Positions 17,703 through 26,770 of a stretch of DNA of 64,000 nt are shown here, piece after piece. The position numbers were made by a program, and so were the translations under genes. The notes below the pieces were generated by a model. It was not told the DNA's origin. It was given only the letters and a program-made list of their open reading frames with translations, and searched no databases. The stretch is taken from assembly GCA_964644245.1 (NCBI GenBank), contig CAZXUR010000001.1, forward strand, positions 17,047 to 81,046, written 5' to 3'. The stretch is from an uncultured archaeon. GTDB taxonomy: Archaea > Aenigmatarchaeota > Aenigmatarchaeia > CAZXUR01. Position 1 is the first letter of the stretch. Each line of letters begins with the position of its first letter.

Positions 17703-18101
17703 CTATCTCCGCACGAACAATGGGTTGAGCTCAGGTTTCTTCACGTTCTTTATCTCCACGTACTTTTTCACGTCCCTTTTCTTCAACTTTCTTTTGAGGT
17801 GTTCCCACTCCTCTGCAACCTCATCGGTTTTAAGGCTTATCCTATCTTCAGTCCTCTCTCTCCCTATCTTGGACCTGTCAAACTTGTAGCCGCGCCTCTT
17901 TCCTTCCTCCCAGACATGAAGCAGGTATGTGTTTATAGAAGCCAAGGGGTCGTCACAAGACTTGAAGGGGTCCAACTGAGGGTGGTTTTTGTATCCTTTG
18001 GTCTTGCCTTCCAAAACTTTCTTTGCCAAGAGGGATTCCCTCCACAGGGCAACCAGACCCTTGCAATCCAAGTATTTGGGATGAAGAAACCACAGACGCA
18101 T
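17703..18101 (-). CDS. pyrimidine-dimer DNA glycosylase (DenV/Pyr_excise family)
   Basis: MRLWFLHPKYLDCKGLVALWRESLLAKKVLEGKTKGYKNHPQL is the hallmark N-terminus of this family. Confidence 0.8.
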   Translation of the reverse strand: MRLWFLHPKYLDCKGLVALWRESLLAKKVLEGKTKGYKNHPQLDPFKSCDDPLASINTYLLHVWEEGKRRGYKFDRSKIGRERTEDRISLKTDEVAEEWEHLKRKLKKRDVKKYVEIKNVKKPELNPLFVRR

Positions 18102-18133
18102 AAGTTAATATGGACCGAAGGTTAAAATAAAAC

Positions 18134-18601
18134 ATGGATTACAAGAGATTGCTGGGAGCCATAGTCGTATGTCAACTGGCGGGAATAATCGGCTCTGTGT
18201 TCACCGTTTCTTCCATAACCACATGGTACGCCTCTCTGAACAAGCCCTGGTTCACCCCGCCCGGATGGGTGTTCGCTCCGGTATGGCTCTCGCTTTACAC
18301 ACTGATGGGAGTGGCGCTCTACCTGGTTTGGATGAAAGGTCTGAAGACCAAGGGAGTGAGGATTGCTGTCTACGTGTTCTCAGCCCAGTTGGTACTCAAT
18401 ACTCTGTGGTCAATCCTCTTCTTCGGACTGCAGAACCCGTTCCTGGCGTTCGTGGAGATATGCCTGCTCTGGGCAGCCATATTCTTCTCCATATACTACT
18501 TCTATAAAGTCGAGAAGCGAGCCGCCTACTTGCTTGTCCCGTACATACTGTGGACGACCTTGGCCCTGGTCTTGAACTACACGGTCTGGATACTCAATTA
18601 G
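18134..18601 (+). CDS. tspO: TspO/MBR tryptophan-rich sensory protein
   Basis: 5 TM. WYASLNKPWFTPPGWVFAPVWLSLYTLMG and NTLWSILFF motifs. Confidence 0.85.
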   Translation: MDYKRLLGAIVVCQLAGIIGSVFTVSSITTWYASLNKPWFTPPGWVFAPVWLSLYTLMGVALYLVWMKGLKTKGVRIAVYVFSAQLVLNTLWSILFFGLQNPFLAFVEICLLWAAIFFSIYYFYKVEKRAAYLLVPYILWTTLALVLNYTVWILN

Positions 18602-18610
18602 TTTTATATA
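18602..18610 (+). promoter_or_regulatory. TATA-like box for the MscS gene
   Basis: ttttatata lies about 25 nt upstream of the ATG at 18631, inside the 3' end of tspO. Confidence 0.4.
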
Positions 18611-18630
18611 AAACCGATACAAATCTTTTC

Positions 18631-19479
18631 ATGGACATCATGTCTCTGGTCAGCCAGGTGCTGGGATACGTGCCTTTCTTGTGGCTGATAGTATCACTGG
18701 CAATCGTCTACATCGTATTCAAGTTCCTGCTGATGCTCTCAAAGCGTGCGTTGCTGAAGAAGGCCAGGACCAAGAAGCAGAAGTCCAACATAGAGATATT
18801 CGCAAGGATCGTACAGTATCTGTTCATCCTCATACTCATCTTGTTCGCCATATTCTCTTTCGGCGGAGACCTCACCGGATTCGGACTGGCGGCAGGACTG
18901 TTCTCAGCCGCGCTGGGCTGGGCCCTGCAGAAGCCCATCACAGGCATAGCCGCCTGGATTCTCATGGTGGTGAAGAGACCTTTTGACATCGGCGACAGGA
19001 TAATCATAGGCAACGTGAGGGGCGACGTGGATGATATCTCCCTGACGCACATCTATCTGAAGGAGACGGGTGGGATAGTCGGCGGTGAAGAGAACTCCGG
19101 AAGAATCGTCATGGTGCCGAATTCAATCATGTTCGAGCAGAACATCATCAACTACACACTGCAGGACGTCTTCACCTTGAGTGAAGTGGTTGTCTCAATA
19201 ACTTACGAAAGCAACCTAGAGAAGGCAAGGGAAATTGCCTTGAAGGCTGCGAATAAATACACCAAGGATTTCCAGGCAAAGAAGAATCCTTACATAAGGA
19301 ACTTCTTCCAGGCGAACGGAGTGAACGTGCACGTACGCTACTTCGTTCCTGCTAAAAACATACAAAAGGTCTCATCAGACGTAACGGCTGAAATACACAG
19401 AGAAGTGTCCAAAGCGAGAGACGTTGAGTTCGCTTACCCGCATACGGAAGTCCTGCTCAGCAAGAAGAAGAAGAAGTGA
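18631..19479 (+). CDS. mscS: small-conductance mechanosensitive channel (MscS family)
   Basis: ATG at 18631. TM helices followed by VKRPFDIGDRIIIGNVRGDVDDISLTHIYLKE, the beta-domain signature. Confidence 0.85.
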   Translation: MDIMSLVSQVLGYVPFLWLIVSLAIVYIVFKFLLMLSKRALLKKARTKKQKSNIEIFARIVQYLFILILILFAIFSFGGDLTGFGLAAGLFSAALGWALQKPITGIAAWILMVVKRPFDIGDRIIIGNVRGDVDDISLTHIYLKETGGIVGGEENSGRIVMVPNSIMFEQNIINYTLQDVFTLSEVVVSITYESNLEKAREIALKAANKYTKDFQAKKNPYIRNFFQANGVNVHVRYFVPAKNIQKVSSDVTAEIHREVSKARDVEFAYPHTEVLLSKKKKK

Positions 19480-19481
19480 TT

Positions 19482-20057
19482 CTAGATAGGAAACGTGTTG
19501 TTGTCAAATCGTGAAGAGCGTGCGGTTGCTTCACGCAACCTGTGCAGACGAAGTGATTCCCTGTTTATTCCTGATATCAGCTCGGCAGAACTCTTGAAGT
19601 CCTCGTGTCCCTCCCCGTACTCTCCATCTCTAAGTCTTTTCCACAACCCGTCTACGTATGACTGTTGTCTCTCCTTGATTTCTTCTATATGTGGTGGAAT
19701 GTGTCTGTCATCTATAATTCCGCTTGGAGCCTTTCTCTCCAATTCCCTTGAACGTTCCATCAGTAATTCTTCCAGTCTATTTGTTGCCTTGATGAAGCCC
19801 TTGGGACTCTTCTTCATCAGTCCTCTTTGGAGCTCGACTATATCCTCGTCGTAAGAAGTAATGGGATGTCCTTCCTCGATTGCAAGTTCCATCCGTTCTA
19901 ATTGCCTCTCTATTATTTTTCTGTGTTCTTCACTAGAGAAAGAGACACCGTACTTTGATTTTGGCTCATAATTAAGCAATGGATACTTTATCGCCCTTCC
20001 AACTACTCCCCGTAATCCTTCGAAGGAAGGTTCCTCCCAGGGATGGTAATCCTTCAT
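19482..20057 (-). CDS. hypothetical protein, WEEPxFEGL family (long paralogue)
   Basis: ATG at 20057. N-terminus MKDYHPWEEPSFEGL..AIKYP and EEGHPITSYDEDIVEL are shared with the ORF at 21049-21351. Confidence 0.55.
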   Translation of the reverse strand: MKDYHPWEEPSFEGLRGVVGRAIKYPLLNYEPKSKYGVSFSSEEHRKIIERQLERMELAIEEGHPITSYDEDIVELQRGLMKKSPKGFIKATNRLEELLMERSRELERKAPSGIIDDRHIPPHIEEIKERQQSYVDGLWKRLRDGEYGEGHEDFKSSAELISGINRESLRLHRLREATARSSRFDNNTFPI

Positions 20058-20096
20058 AGTTATACTCAGCAACAATATATTTAACTCTTAGAAGTT

Positions 20097-21011
20097 CTAG
20101 TTGAGGCGCTCACTCAGAGCAGAAATTATTACAGGCAGAGCAATGGTGACGTCACTGTAGACGTCCACGAATCTAGCCTTGGGCGACAACTTCTTCCATG
20201 ATATACCTTCGTGTAAAGTAGCGCCGGACAGTCCACCGGGCTCGGGCCGGTCTGTGGTCACTTGAACACCATAGTCAAAGGTCTTGTTTGTCATCTCCAT
20301 GGATTGAAGGATGAAATTTTTAGGCGTCCCGCCACCGAGGATTATCACCCCATTCCTCTTTGATTCGTAGATTATGTTTGTAATTTCAGTTCTATCCTTC
20401 ATCACATCCAGCCACCAGTCCTTGTCCTGCGAGAACATCCAAAGTTGCACTCCCAGGAAAGAGTCTGCAATCGCGGGACAGAATATGGGTACTCCCTTGT
20501 CACAACAGGCACGGATTATGGATTCTTCATCGTCAATAGTCGTGCCTAATTCTTTCAGGAATTCCGTGACCGAAAGGCGCTTCTTCTTGGATATCTTTTC
20601 GAGAAACGCCTGCACATGGTCTTCCACCTTCTCATAGGCGTCCCTTGGCATATACGTGTCGTAGACCCGTGAAAAACCTTTCTTCAGGAGTTCCTGGTCA
20701 TCTGCGTCTGCCTCGCCTTTCACGTGTCTCTTGCCGAACGCCTCCATCAGGTCGTGTGAGAGGTTGGCACCTGTAGTCACCAGCGCTTTAATCCATTCGT
20801 TCCTCACCATCTCCACAAGAAGCCGTCTCTGACCTCCCGGGACCAGCGCTCCGGCAACGCCCAAATAGACGCTGCAGTCCTCGCCCTTTATCATTTCTTC
20901 GCATATTTCCGTGGCCTCTGCCAGTTTCCTTCCACCGAAGGACGTGTTCCCCATGTCCTTGACTAATCGGTCCACATCTTTGTTCGGTTTGACCGGCTCT
21001 ATAGGCTCCAT
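20097..21011 (-). CDS. dys: deoxyhypusine synthase
   Basis: ATG at 21011. TTGANLSHD, ILGGGTPKNF and GATLHEGISWKK patterns. Its substrate aIF5A is at 36349. Confidence 0.9.
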   Translation of the reverse strand: MEPIEPVKPNKDVDRLVKDMGNTSFGGRKLAEATEICEEMIKGEDCSVYLGVAGALVPGGQRRLLVEMVRNEWIKALVTTGANLSHDLMEAFGKRHVKGEADADDQELLKKGFSRVYDTYMPRDAYEKVEDHVQAFLEKISKKKRLSVTEFLKELGTTIDDEESIIRACCDKGVPIFCPAIADSFLGVQLWMFSQDKDWWLDVMKDRTEITNIIYESKRNGVIILGGGTPKNFILQSMEMTNKTFDYGVQVTTDRPEPGGLSGATLHEGISWKKLSPKARFVDVYSDVTIALPVIISALSERLN

Positions 21012-21048
21012 AATCAAGCTTGATAGAAATGCTTATATTCCTTCTAAT

Positions 21049-21351
21049 TCAGTTTTTCTCCAGTTCTCCCTGGTAAAGGAGACGTTTCTCGTAGAGGTCC
21101 ATGAGGTCGTTTATTTTCTCTGACAATGGTTCAGTACTCCTGTTCATCTCGACTATCTCCCTGTCGAAGGGGGTCTGGGGACCTTCTTCTTCCAGTGTCT
21201 TTTCCACCTTCTCCAGGTTGCTCAACAAGTACAAAGGCATCTCCACAAAAATCTGTAGGGCAGTGGAGCCTGAGTTGGTGTAACCTATGTGGGGATATTT
21301 TATCGTCTGTCCCAGTCCCTCAAAATCAGGTTCCTCCCAATAAGATTCCAT
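21049..21351 (-). CDS. hypothetical protein, WEEPxFEGL family (short paralogue)
   Basis: ATG at 21351. MESYWEEPDFEGLGQTIKYP...EEEGPQTPFDREIVEM aligns with the ORF at 19482-20057. Confidence 0.5.
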   Translation of the reverse strand: MESYWEEPDFEGLGQTIKYPHIGYTNSGSTALQIFVEMPLYLLSNLEKVEKTLEEEGPQTPFDREIVEMNRSTEPLSEKINDLMDLYEKRLLYQGELEKN

Positions 21352-21370
21352 AAAACTACTTAACACCAAT

Positions 21371-23479
21371 TTATTTAATCCTTTCAATGACCTTCTCGAT
21401 GAACTGGTCCCGGTCGCCGGTCATGCCGTCTATGATTATCTTCATACCTTCGGTGTATTCCACCAGCCAGTACGGATAGTAGACCTGGTCCATGGAAATC
21501 GTCTTTTCTATGCTCGACCAGAGTTCAATCACCTTCCTGGCGTCCTTGGCAGGGACTACGAAAGGCAGGCCGTCCACCGACTTCCTTATGGGCTCTTCGC
21601 TCACCTGAGCCTGGTAAGGCTTGGGGGGTATGTTCTTGAAGGCAACTGTGGACTGATAACTGTCACCCTTCTTCTCTATCAGTCCCTCTTTCTCCAGATA
21701 GCCGATGCTGTCATCAACTGCTGTGGGGGAAATATCCAGTTTCTGGGAAAGAGTGGCTTTTGGAGCGGCATCTATCAGCGCCAAGTAAAGAAGGACAAGC
21801 CTCTGGGAGGGCGACAAGTGAAGGATTTTCCTCACCCCCTGGCTCCTGAGAATCTTTCCCTTTCTCTGGGAAAGTAGTTCTCCAATCACTCCGTCCAGAA
21901 GCAGGTTGACTGTGCCCTTGTAATCACTGTCTTTGTACTTGCACTTCAGTGACCACAACGGGTAATAGAGCAGTTTCTTCCTCTTGATTTTCTCTTTCAG
22001 TTTCTTCTTCAGCTCTTCCTCGGTAAGTTTGGGCATGAATACCCGGGCAGAGGTTTTCTTGGGACTGGACTTTTTCGTCTTCGTCTTCTTGCTCTTGCCG
22101 CCTGAAGATATATCCACTTTTCCTCCCCCGTGTTTCGAACGCCTGGTACGCACGTCCACGAATACCGGCTGCTCCGTACCACCGACCAACAGTGCAGTAC
22201 CGATCTGAAGATTCTGGATTTCCTTGTTCATGCCTTTGGTCAGGCCTTCGGCCGAGGAGGAAATCGCTTTCAGGTCGTGAGAGTTGGTTATTTTGAGTAT
22301 GGCTTGCGTGGAGCATTGGGAGAGGACTGACTTGTCCAGCCTGGCCGGTCTCTGTGACACCACCAGGAGTCCGAGCCCGAACTTCCTCCCCTCGCTGCTT
22401 ATGTTCCTTATGACCTTCGAGGAAACTGCTTCCCCAAAACCCCTTTCGGGCGCGAAGTTGTGGGCCTCTTCCAGGACCAGGAAGAAAGGCGGTATCTCAT
22501 TCCTTTTCCTGGCTTCGAACAGTTGTTTGCACAGCTTGTAAGCAGCGATTTCCTGCATCTCCGGAGCAACTCCCCGCAAGTTGATTATGGTCCCCTGATT
22601 CCTCTTCACTAATTCTCCCATCTCCGTGTAATTGTCTGAGAATAAACCGGTGTCCTGAAGAAGTTCCAAGAGAGAAATCACGTTCCACTTGGCGTTTGAG
22701 TCTATGGCTTCCACTTCTGCGGCCACATCGTCTATGGTGTACTTCCTGCCTTTAAGGTTCTTCAATGCAGTGTACAGAACGCCCAACTGAGCGCCCGACA
22801 TGGACATGGGCAGCATCTGTATGACTTCGTTTGCGACTAGTTTCGGGTTGAGCCTTATGGGTTCTGTCCCGGGGTTGATTTCGGTGTCCACCGCACGGAG
22901 GGAGACCTTGTAGGACTTGGGCTTGACCCCGTACTTGTCCATCTCCCTCACCTCCTTTGGAGCATCGTTCTTCTGGGTGAATGTAGAGTATTCCCCGTGC
23001 GGATCCAGGACCACGAAGGGTATGTTCTTCTCCAGAAGTTCCTCCAGTATCACGCCCACCAGGTAGGACTTACCACTTCCGCTTTTCGCCAGTACCGCCA
23101 GGTGTTTTGACAACATTTTCTCCGGGTCGATGAACACGCTTATATCCGAATGTCCTTCCAGAAGTCCCAGGTAGAGTCCCTGCTCCTTCTCCAAATCCAG
23201 GACCTGTGAAATCAGTCCCTTGTCCGCCTTGTACACAAGACTCCCAGACTCGAAAGGCGACCTCAATGACTTGAGCAGGCCTTTGTCGTCCCGATAACCG
23301 ATGACCACCGCCTTCGCCTTGGTCTTCTTCTTGGTCTTGTATATGTCAGTCACCTGACAGAGAACCCAGTTGCCCTGCTTGGACTTTACGGTAACGTAGT
23401 CAAGACGCTGGAGTTTCTTCTTAACCGCGAATTTAAAGGAGTCTATCTTCACTCTGCCGGTAATTTCACCTATGAGCAT
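21371..23479 (-). CDS. HerA-like (DUF87/FtsK-HerA superfamily) ATPase with a 250-aa C-terminal wHTH-containing extension
   Basis: ATG at 23479. HAS-barrel-like N-terminus, Walker A LAKSGSGKSY, Walker B FFLVLEEAHNF. After a Lys-rich linker comes a MarR-like wHTH flanked by two YYPxW...DGxxG modules. Confidence 0.8.
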   Translation of the reverse strand: MLIGEITGRVKIDSFKFAVKKKLQRLDYVTVKSKQGNWVLCQVTDIYKTKKKTKAKAVVIGYRDDKGLLKSLRSPFESGSLVYKADKGLISQVLDLEKEQGLYLGLLEGHSDISVFIDPEKMLSKHLAVLAKSGSGKSYLVGVILEELLEKNIPFVVLDPHGEYSTFTQKNDAPKEVREMDKYGVKPKSYKVSLRAVDTEINPGTEPIRLNPKLVANEVIQMLPMSMSGAQLGVLYTALKNLKGRKYTIDDVAAEVEAIDSNAKWNVISLLELLQDTGLFSDNYTEMGELVKRNQGTIINLRGVAPEMQEIAAYKLCKQLFEARKRNEIPPFFLVLEEAHNFAPERGFGEAVSSKVIRNISSEGRKFGLGLLVVSQRPARLDKSVLSQCSTQAILKITNSHDLKAISSSAEGLTKGMNKEIQNLQIGTALLVGGTEQPVFVDVRTRRSKHGGGKVDISSGGKSKKTKTKKSSPKKTSARVFMPKLTEEELKKKLKEKIKRKKLLYYPLWSLKCKYKDSDYKGTVNLLLDGVIGELLSQRKGKILRSQGVRKILHLSPSQRLVLLYLALIDAAPKATLSQKLDISPTAVDDSIGYLEKEGLIEKKGDSYQSTVAFKNIPPKPYQAQVSEEPIRKSVDGLPFVVPAKDARKVIELWSSIEKTISMDQVYYPYWLVEYTEGMKIIIDGMTGDRDQFIEKVIERIK

Positions 23480-23543
23480 AAAACCACATATACTTGTGTC
23501 TAAAAGATTTAAACTATAAATTCCAGTTAGGACAATTTTTTCT

Positions 23544-24410
23544 ATGGCTGACCCAGAACTGGTGAACACTGCAAAAAAATACTTACAACAGGGCTATTCC
23601 GAGGAAGACATGGTGCAGGCATTTAGGAACGCCGGGTACAACGACTCGGAAATCAGGGAAATAATGGCCGAGGCCTTGAAGGTCCAGTCGTCATTCGTGG
23701 CCGGCTCCAAGCAAGAAGAAAAGGACAAGAGGGAATACGTGAGGAACGTGTTCGGGACAAAGACTCCCAGACCATCAGGACTGAGAGAAGAGCCAGAGGA
23801 AGAACCAGTACCCGGAAATAAAAAGAAGCATTCGTTCGACCTGGACATAATACCATACGTATTCGTAAAACCCAAAGAGTCATTCGAGAAAATCAAGGAA
23901 AATACCACCTGGTTCGAAGGGTCTGTACTGATTCTTTTGTCACAGATGGTCATGGCACTGCTGGCTTTCCTGATAATCGGATGGTTTGCGCCCACATCCT
24001 CGGCAGAAGCCATGTTTGCCGTGTTCTTCAATCCCATGTTCGTCTCCATCATACTCGGTTCCATTTTCCTCTACGTGTGCATGGTCTCAGGAGTGGCGAA
24101 CTTCCTGGGAGGCAATGGTAACTCCAGTCAGACACTGGGTTTCTTCGGCTATGTTTATGTGGCTAACCTGCTGTGGATGGTGTTATTCGGTCTCATGGTG
24201 TTCTTCCCGCTCGGACTATACCTAGTGGGAATCGCCCATTTCTTCTGGTCTTTGTACGTGGTGGGACACGCAGTCAGTGTGGCGAACGACATGCCGCTCT
24301 TCCACGCACTCATAGACATGTTCCTGGTGGGCATAATATACGCGTTAGTGGTCTCAGGACTGTTCTTCGGACTGACGTTATTCGTGCTCCCGACCTTCTT
24401 CCAGATTTAG
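23544..24410 (+). CDS. Yip1-domain membrane protein with cytosolic helical N-domain
   Basis: Soluble N-terminus of about 110 aa, then SFEKIKENTTWFEGSVLILL and 5 TM, typical of Yip1/DUF1282. Confidence 0.65.
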   Translation: MADPELVNTAKKYLQQGYSEEDMVQAFRNAGYNDSEIREIMAEALKVQSSFVAGSKQEEKDKREYVRNVFGTKTPRPSGLREEPEEEPVPGNKKKHSFDLDIIPYVFVKPKESFEKIKENTTWFEGSVLILLSQMVMALLAFLIIGWFAPTSSAEAMFAVFFNPMFVSIILGSIFLYVCMVSGVANFLGGNGNSSQTLGFFGYVYVANLLWMVLFGLMVFFPLGLYLVGIAHFFWSLYVVGHAVSVANDMPLFHALIDMFLVGIIYALVVSGLFFGLTLFVLPTFFQI

Positions 24411-24468
24411 GCCGGGGTAATCTATAAATATGACTCTGAACTATTAATTAACAAGCAAACTGGTGGAA

Positions 24469-24603
24469 ATGGCAGTACTAAGGACCTTTGTGAGCAACAA
24501 AAAGGTGGAAAAGATACTGAAAAGGCTCAAAAACAATGGTTTAAGCATATCCAACTTCATCCGGGAAGCTGTTCTGGAGAAGAACAAAAAGAAGAAGAAA
24601 TAG
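24469..24603 (+). CDS. small basic protein, RHH-like (44 aa, below the track cutoff)
   Basis: Hand translation: MAVLRTFVSNKKVEKILKRLKNNGLSISNFIREAVLEKNKKKKK. A beta-alpha-alpha pattern with a Lys tail. Confidence 0.35.
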   Translation: MAVLRTFVSNKKVEKILKRLKNNGLSISNFIREAVLEKNKKKKK

Positions 24604-24634
24604 TTTTTTCTGCATGTATTTCTCTTTAAAGTAA

Positions 24635-24707
24635 TGAGCCCGAGGGGACTCGAACCCCCAACCCTCCGGTCCGAAGCCGGATGCTCTATCCATTAAGCCA
24701 CGGGCCC
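24635..24707 (-). tRNA. tRNA-Arg(UCG)
   Basis: GGGCCCG TG GCTT-AATGGAT-AGAGC A TCCGG-CTTCGGA-CCGGA GGGT TGGGG-TTCGAGT-CCCCT CGGGCTC A. Full cloverleaf, no intron. Confidence 0.93.
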
Positions 24708-25039
24708 TGATTCTATTTGCTGATGTGGTTTAAAAGGTTTTCAGGCATTCATTTCCGTATAATCACTGACTTGAAGAACTTCTCCTGGAAGCGTGTCTTC
24801 TCCCTTATCTCTGAATCGGAAAACTCCATGACTTCAGGCGCCCTGACGTCAGGCGCTTACCCGTAGTTCAATTAACATTCCCAATCCCTTGGGGTACGGC
24901 TGACCAAGTGGACAGTACTGATGTAGACACTATTGCCCAAAATTCCCTGATATTGTCGTGCCCAGGCATGAAAACACCTCATAATAAATTTTATATATTT
25001 GTGGGACAACTATAATACGTCATTTGACGACTTGGAGGC

Positions 25040-25357
25040 ATGAAAGTGAGTTACAACAGAACCAAAAGAGGTTACACTTCTAGGGGACCGACCATTGGAG
25101 AGATGCTCCCCGACGGAACACAGATCTTGAGAATAGTAAGAAAATCAGACATAGACACACTCAGAGACTTGAGGGATGAGAACGTCTTGAGAATCATGAG
25201 AGGGGAAAAGAAAGAACCTGAAGTTCCAGATTATGACAGTGGTCCCGCTCTTCCGGAGGATGAGGAAGAACAGGAGAAATGGCTGATAAGACAGTGCTGC
25301 GAGAATGCGTCAGAAGACCCTCTTTCGGTTATACTGAGAAAATACAGGGAAGCTTGA
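25040..25357 (+). CDS. hypothetical protein
   Basis: 105 aa, with a GGAGG Shine-Dalgarno sequence 2-6 nt upstream. Acidic C-terminal half. Confidence 0.45.
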   Translation: MKVSYNRTKRGYTSRGPTIGEMLPDGTQILRIVRKSDIDTLRDLRDENVLRIMRGEKKEPEVPDYDSGPALPEDEEEQEKWLIRQCCENASEDPLSVILRKYREA

Positions 25358-26770
25358 CTACAGCTTCTTTTTGATTAACTTTCTTATTACATTAGGGTCT
25401 GCTCTGCCCTTTGTCTCAGCCATGACTTTACCCACCAAGAAGTGGAAGGCAGACTCCTTGCCAGACTTGTAGTCGAGCACGGCTTGCACGTTGTCGTCTA
25501 TGACCTTCTTCACCGCCTTGTCTATGACAGACTCGTCCTTCAGACGCTCCACGCCTTTCTTCTCTATAAGATTCTCTGGCATCACCGGTTTCTTGACCAT
25601 GTCTCTGAGAAGCATCTCCGCGGTCCTTTCGGTTATCTGGTTGGTGGTCAGTAGTTTGAGCAGATTCCTCATGTGCTTTAGTTCTACATGACTGTCCCTG
25701 AGACGCATTTGGTTGTAGTTCAAGGTCTTCTGCAAAGGACCGGCCATCAGGCTTGCCACTCTCTTGGCAGAGAACTTCTTGACCAGTTCCTCGAACATCC
25801 TGGCCATCTCCAATTCCCCGGCAATGGTGACCGCGTTTATCTCTGAGATTCCGAATTTCTTGTATCGCTTGACCTTCTGGTCCGGAAGCTCGGGTATGTT
25901 CCTTTCTATTCCTTTGACTCTCCTCTTGCTTACCTTTACCCTGGTCAAGTCAGGTTCGAATATGTAGCCGTACTCCTCCTCCATCTCCTTCTTCCTCATC
26001 AGCTGTGTGACATTACCCACCTCGTCCCATGTCCTGGTTTCTTGCTCCACCTTCTTTCCCCTCCTCAGGAGGTTCTTCTGCCTGACCACTTCGAAGGAGA
26101 GTGCCTTTTCCACCGACTGTGCACCTGATATGTTCTTCACTTCCACCCTCTCCCCTCCTTTCAGGGATATGTTTGAGTCGCACCTGATGGTGGACTCCAT
26201 GGCAGGGTCGAAGACGCCCAGGTAGTCGAGAATGTTGGTTAACTTCTGCAGGAAGACTCTGGCTTCTTTGGGAGACGAAAAGTCAGGCTCAGTGACTATC
26301 TCTGCCAGGGGCGTGCCTGAACGGTTGTAGTCCACAAGCACGTAATCAGACTCGGTGATGGATTTGCCGGAGTGAGTGAGTTTGGCTGGGTCCTCCTCAA
26401 AGTGGACTCTGGTTATCCCAATCCTTTTCTTCTTTCCCTTGACTTTCAGTTCCAGATGACCTTTCTCGGCCACCGGCACTTCGTACTGGGTGATTTGGAA
26501 GTTTTTGGACATGTCCGGGTAGAAGTAACTCTTCCTGGAAAAGAAGAACTCTCTGTTCAGGCTGCAGTTCAAAGCCACCGCGATTTTAATCATCTCGTCT
26601 ATCATCCTCTGATTGGTAGCGGGCTTGGAGCCCGGCATACCCAGACAAGTGGGACAGCAAAGGCTGTTGGGTTCCAGGTCTTTCTTGATTCCGGCCGGGT
26701 TGGGACAGGAACAGAAGGCTTTGGTCCTGAGAGAGGTTATGGGAACGTGTATCTCCAGCCCTATCTTCAT
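25358..26770 (-). CDS. gatB: aspartyl/glutamyl-tRNA amidotransferase subunit B
   Basis: MKIGLEIHV...CPTCLGMPGSKP...NRSGTPLAEIVTEPD, and a YqeY-like tail. Confidence 0.93.
   Translation of the reverse strand: MKIGLEIHVPITSLRTKAFCSCPNPAGIKKDLEPNSLCCPTCLGMPGSKPATNQRMIDEMIKIAVALNCSLNREFFFSRKSYFYPDMSKNFQITQYEVPVAEKGHLELKVKGKKKRIGITRVHFEEDPAKLTHSGKSITESDYVLVDYNRSGTPLAEIVTEPDFSSPKEARVFLQKLTNILDYLGVFDPAMESTIRCDSNISLKGGERVEVKNISGAQSVEKALSFEVVRQKNLLRRGKKVEQETRTWDEVGNVTQLMRKKEMEEEYGYIFEPDLTRVKVSKRRVKGIERNIPELPDQKVKRYKKFGISEINAVTIAGELEMARMFEELVKKFSAKRVASLMAGPLQKTLNYNQMRLRDSHVELKHMRNLLKLLTTNQITERTAEMLLRDMVKKPVMPENLIEKKGVERLKDESVIDKAVKKVIDDNVQAVLDYKSGKESAFHFLVGKVMAETKGRADPNVIRKLIKKKL

Noticed and set aside
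21371-23479. Classical HerA-NurA-Mre11-Rad50 end-resection operon
   Set aside because: No nurA, mre11 or rad50 gene is adjacent. The neighbours are small unknown ORFs and dys.
24708-25039. tRNA fragment, split-tRNA half or integrated-element remnant next to tRNA-Arg
   Set aside because: There is no T-loop or acceptor-like sequence, no repeat of the tRNA 3' end and no integrase. It is kept only as a low-interest spacer.
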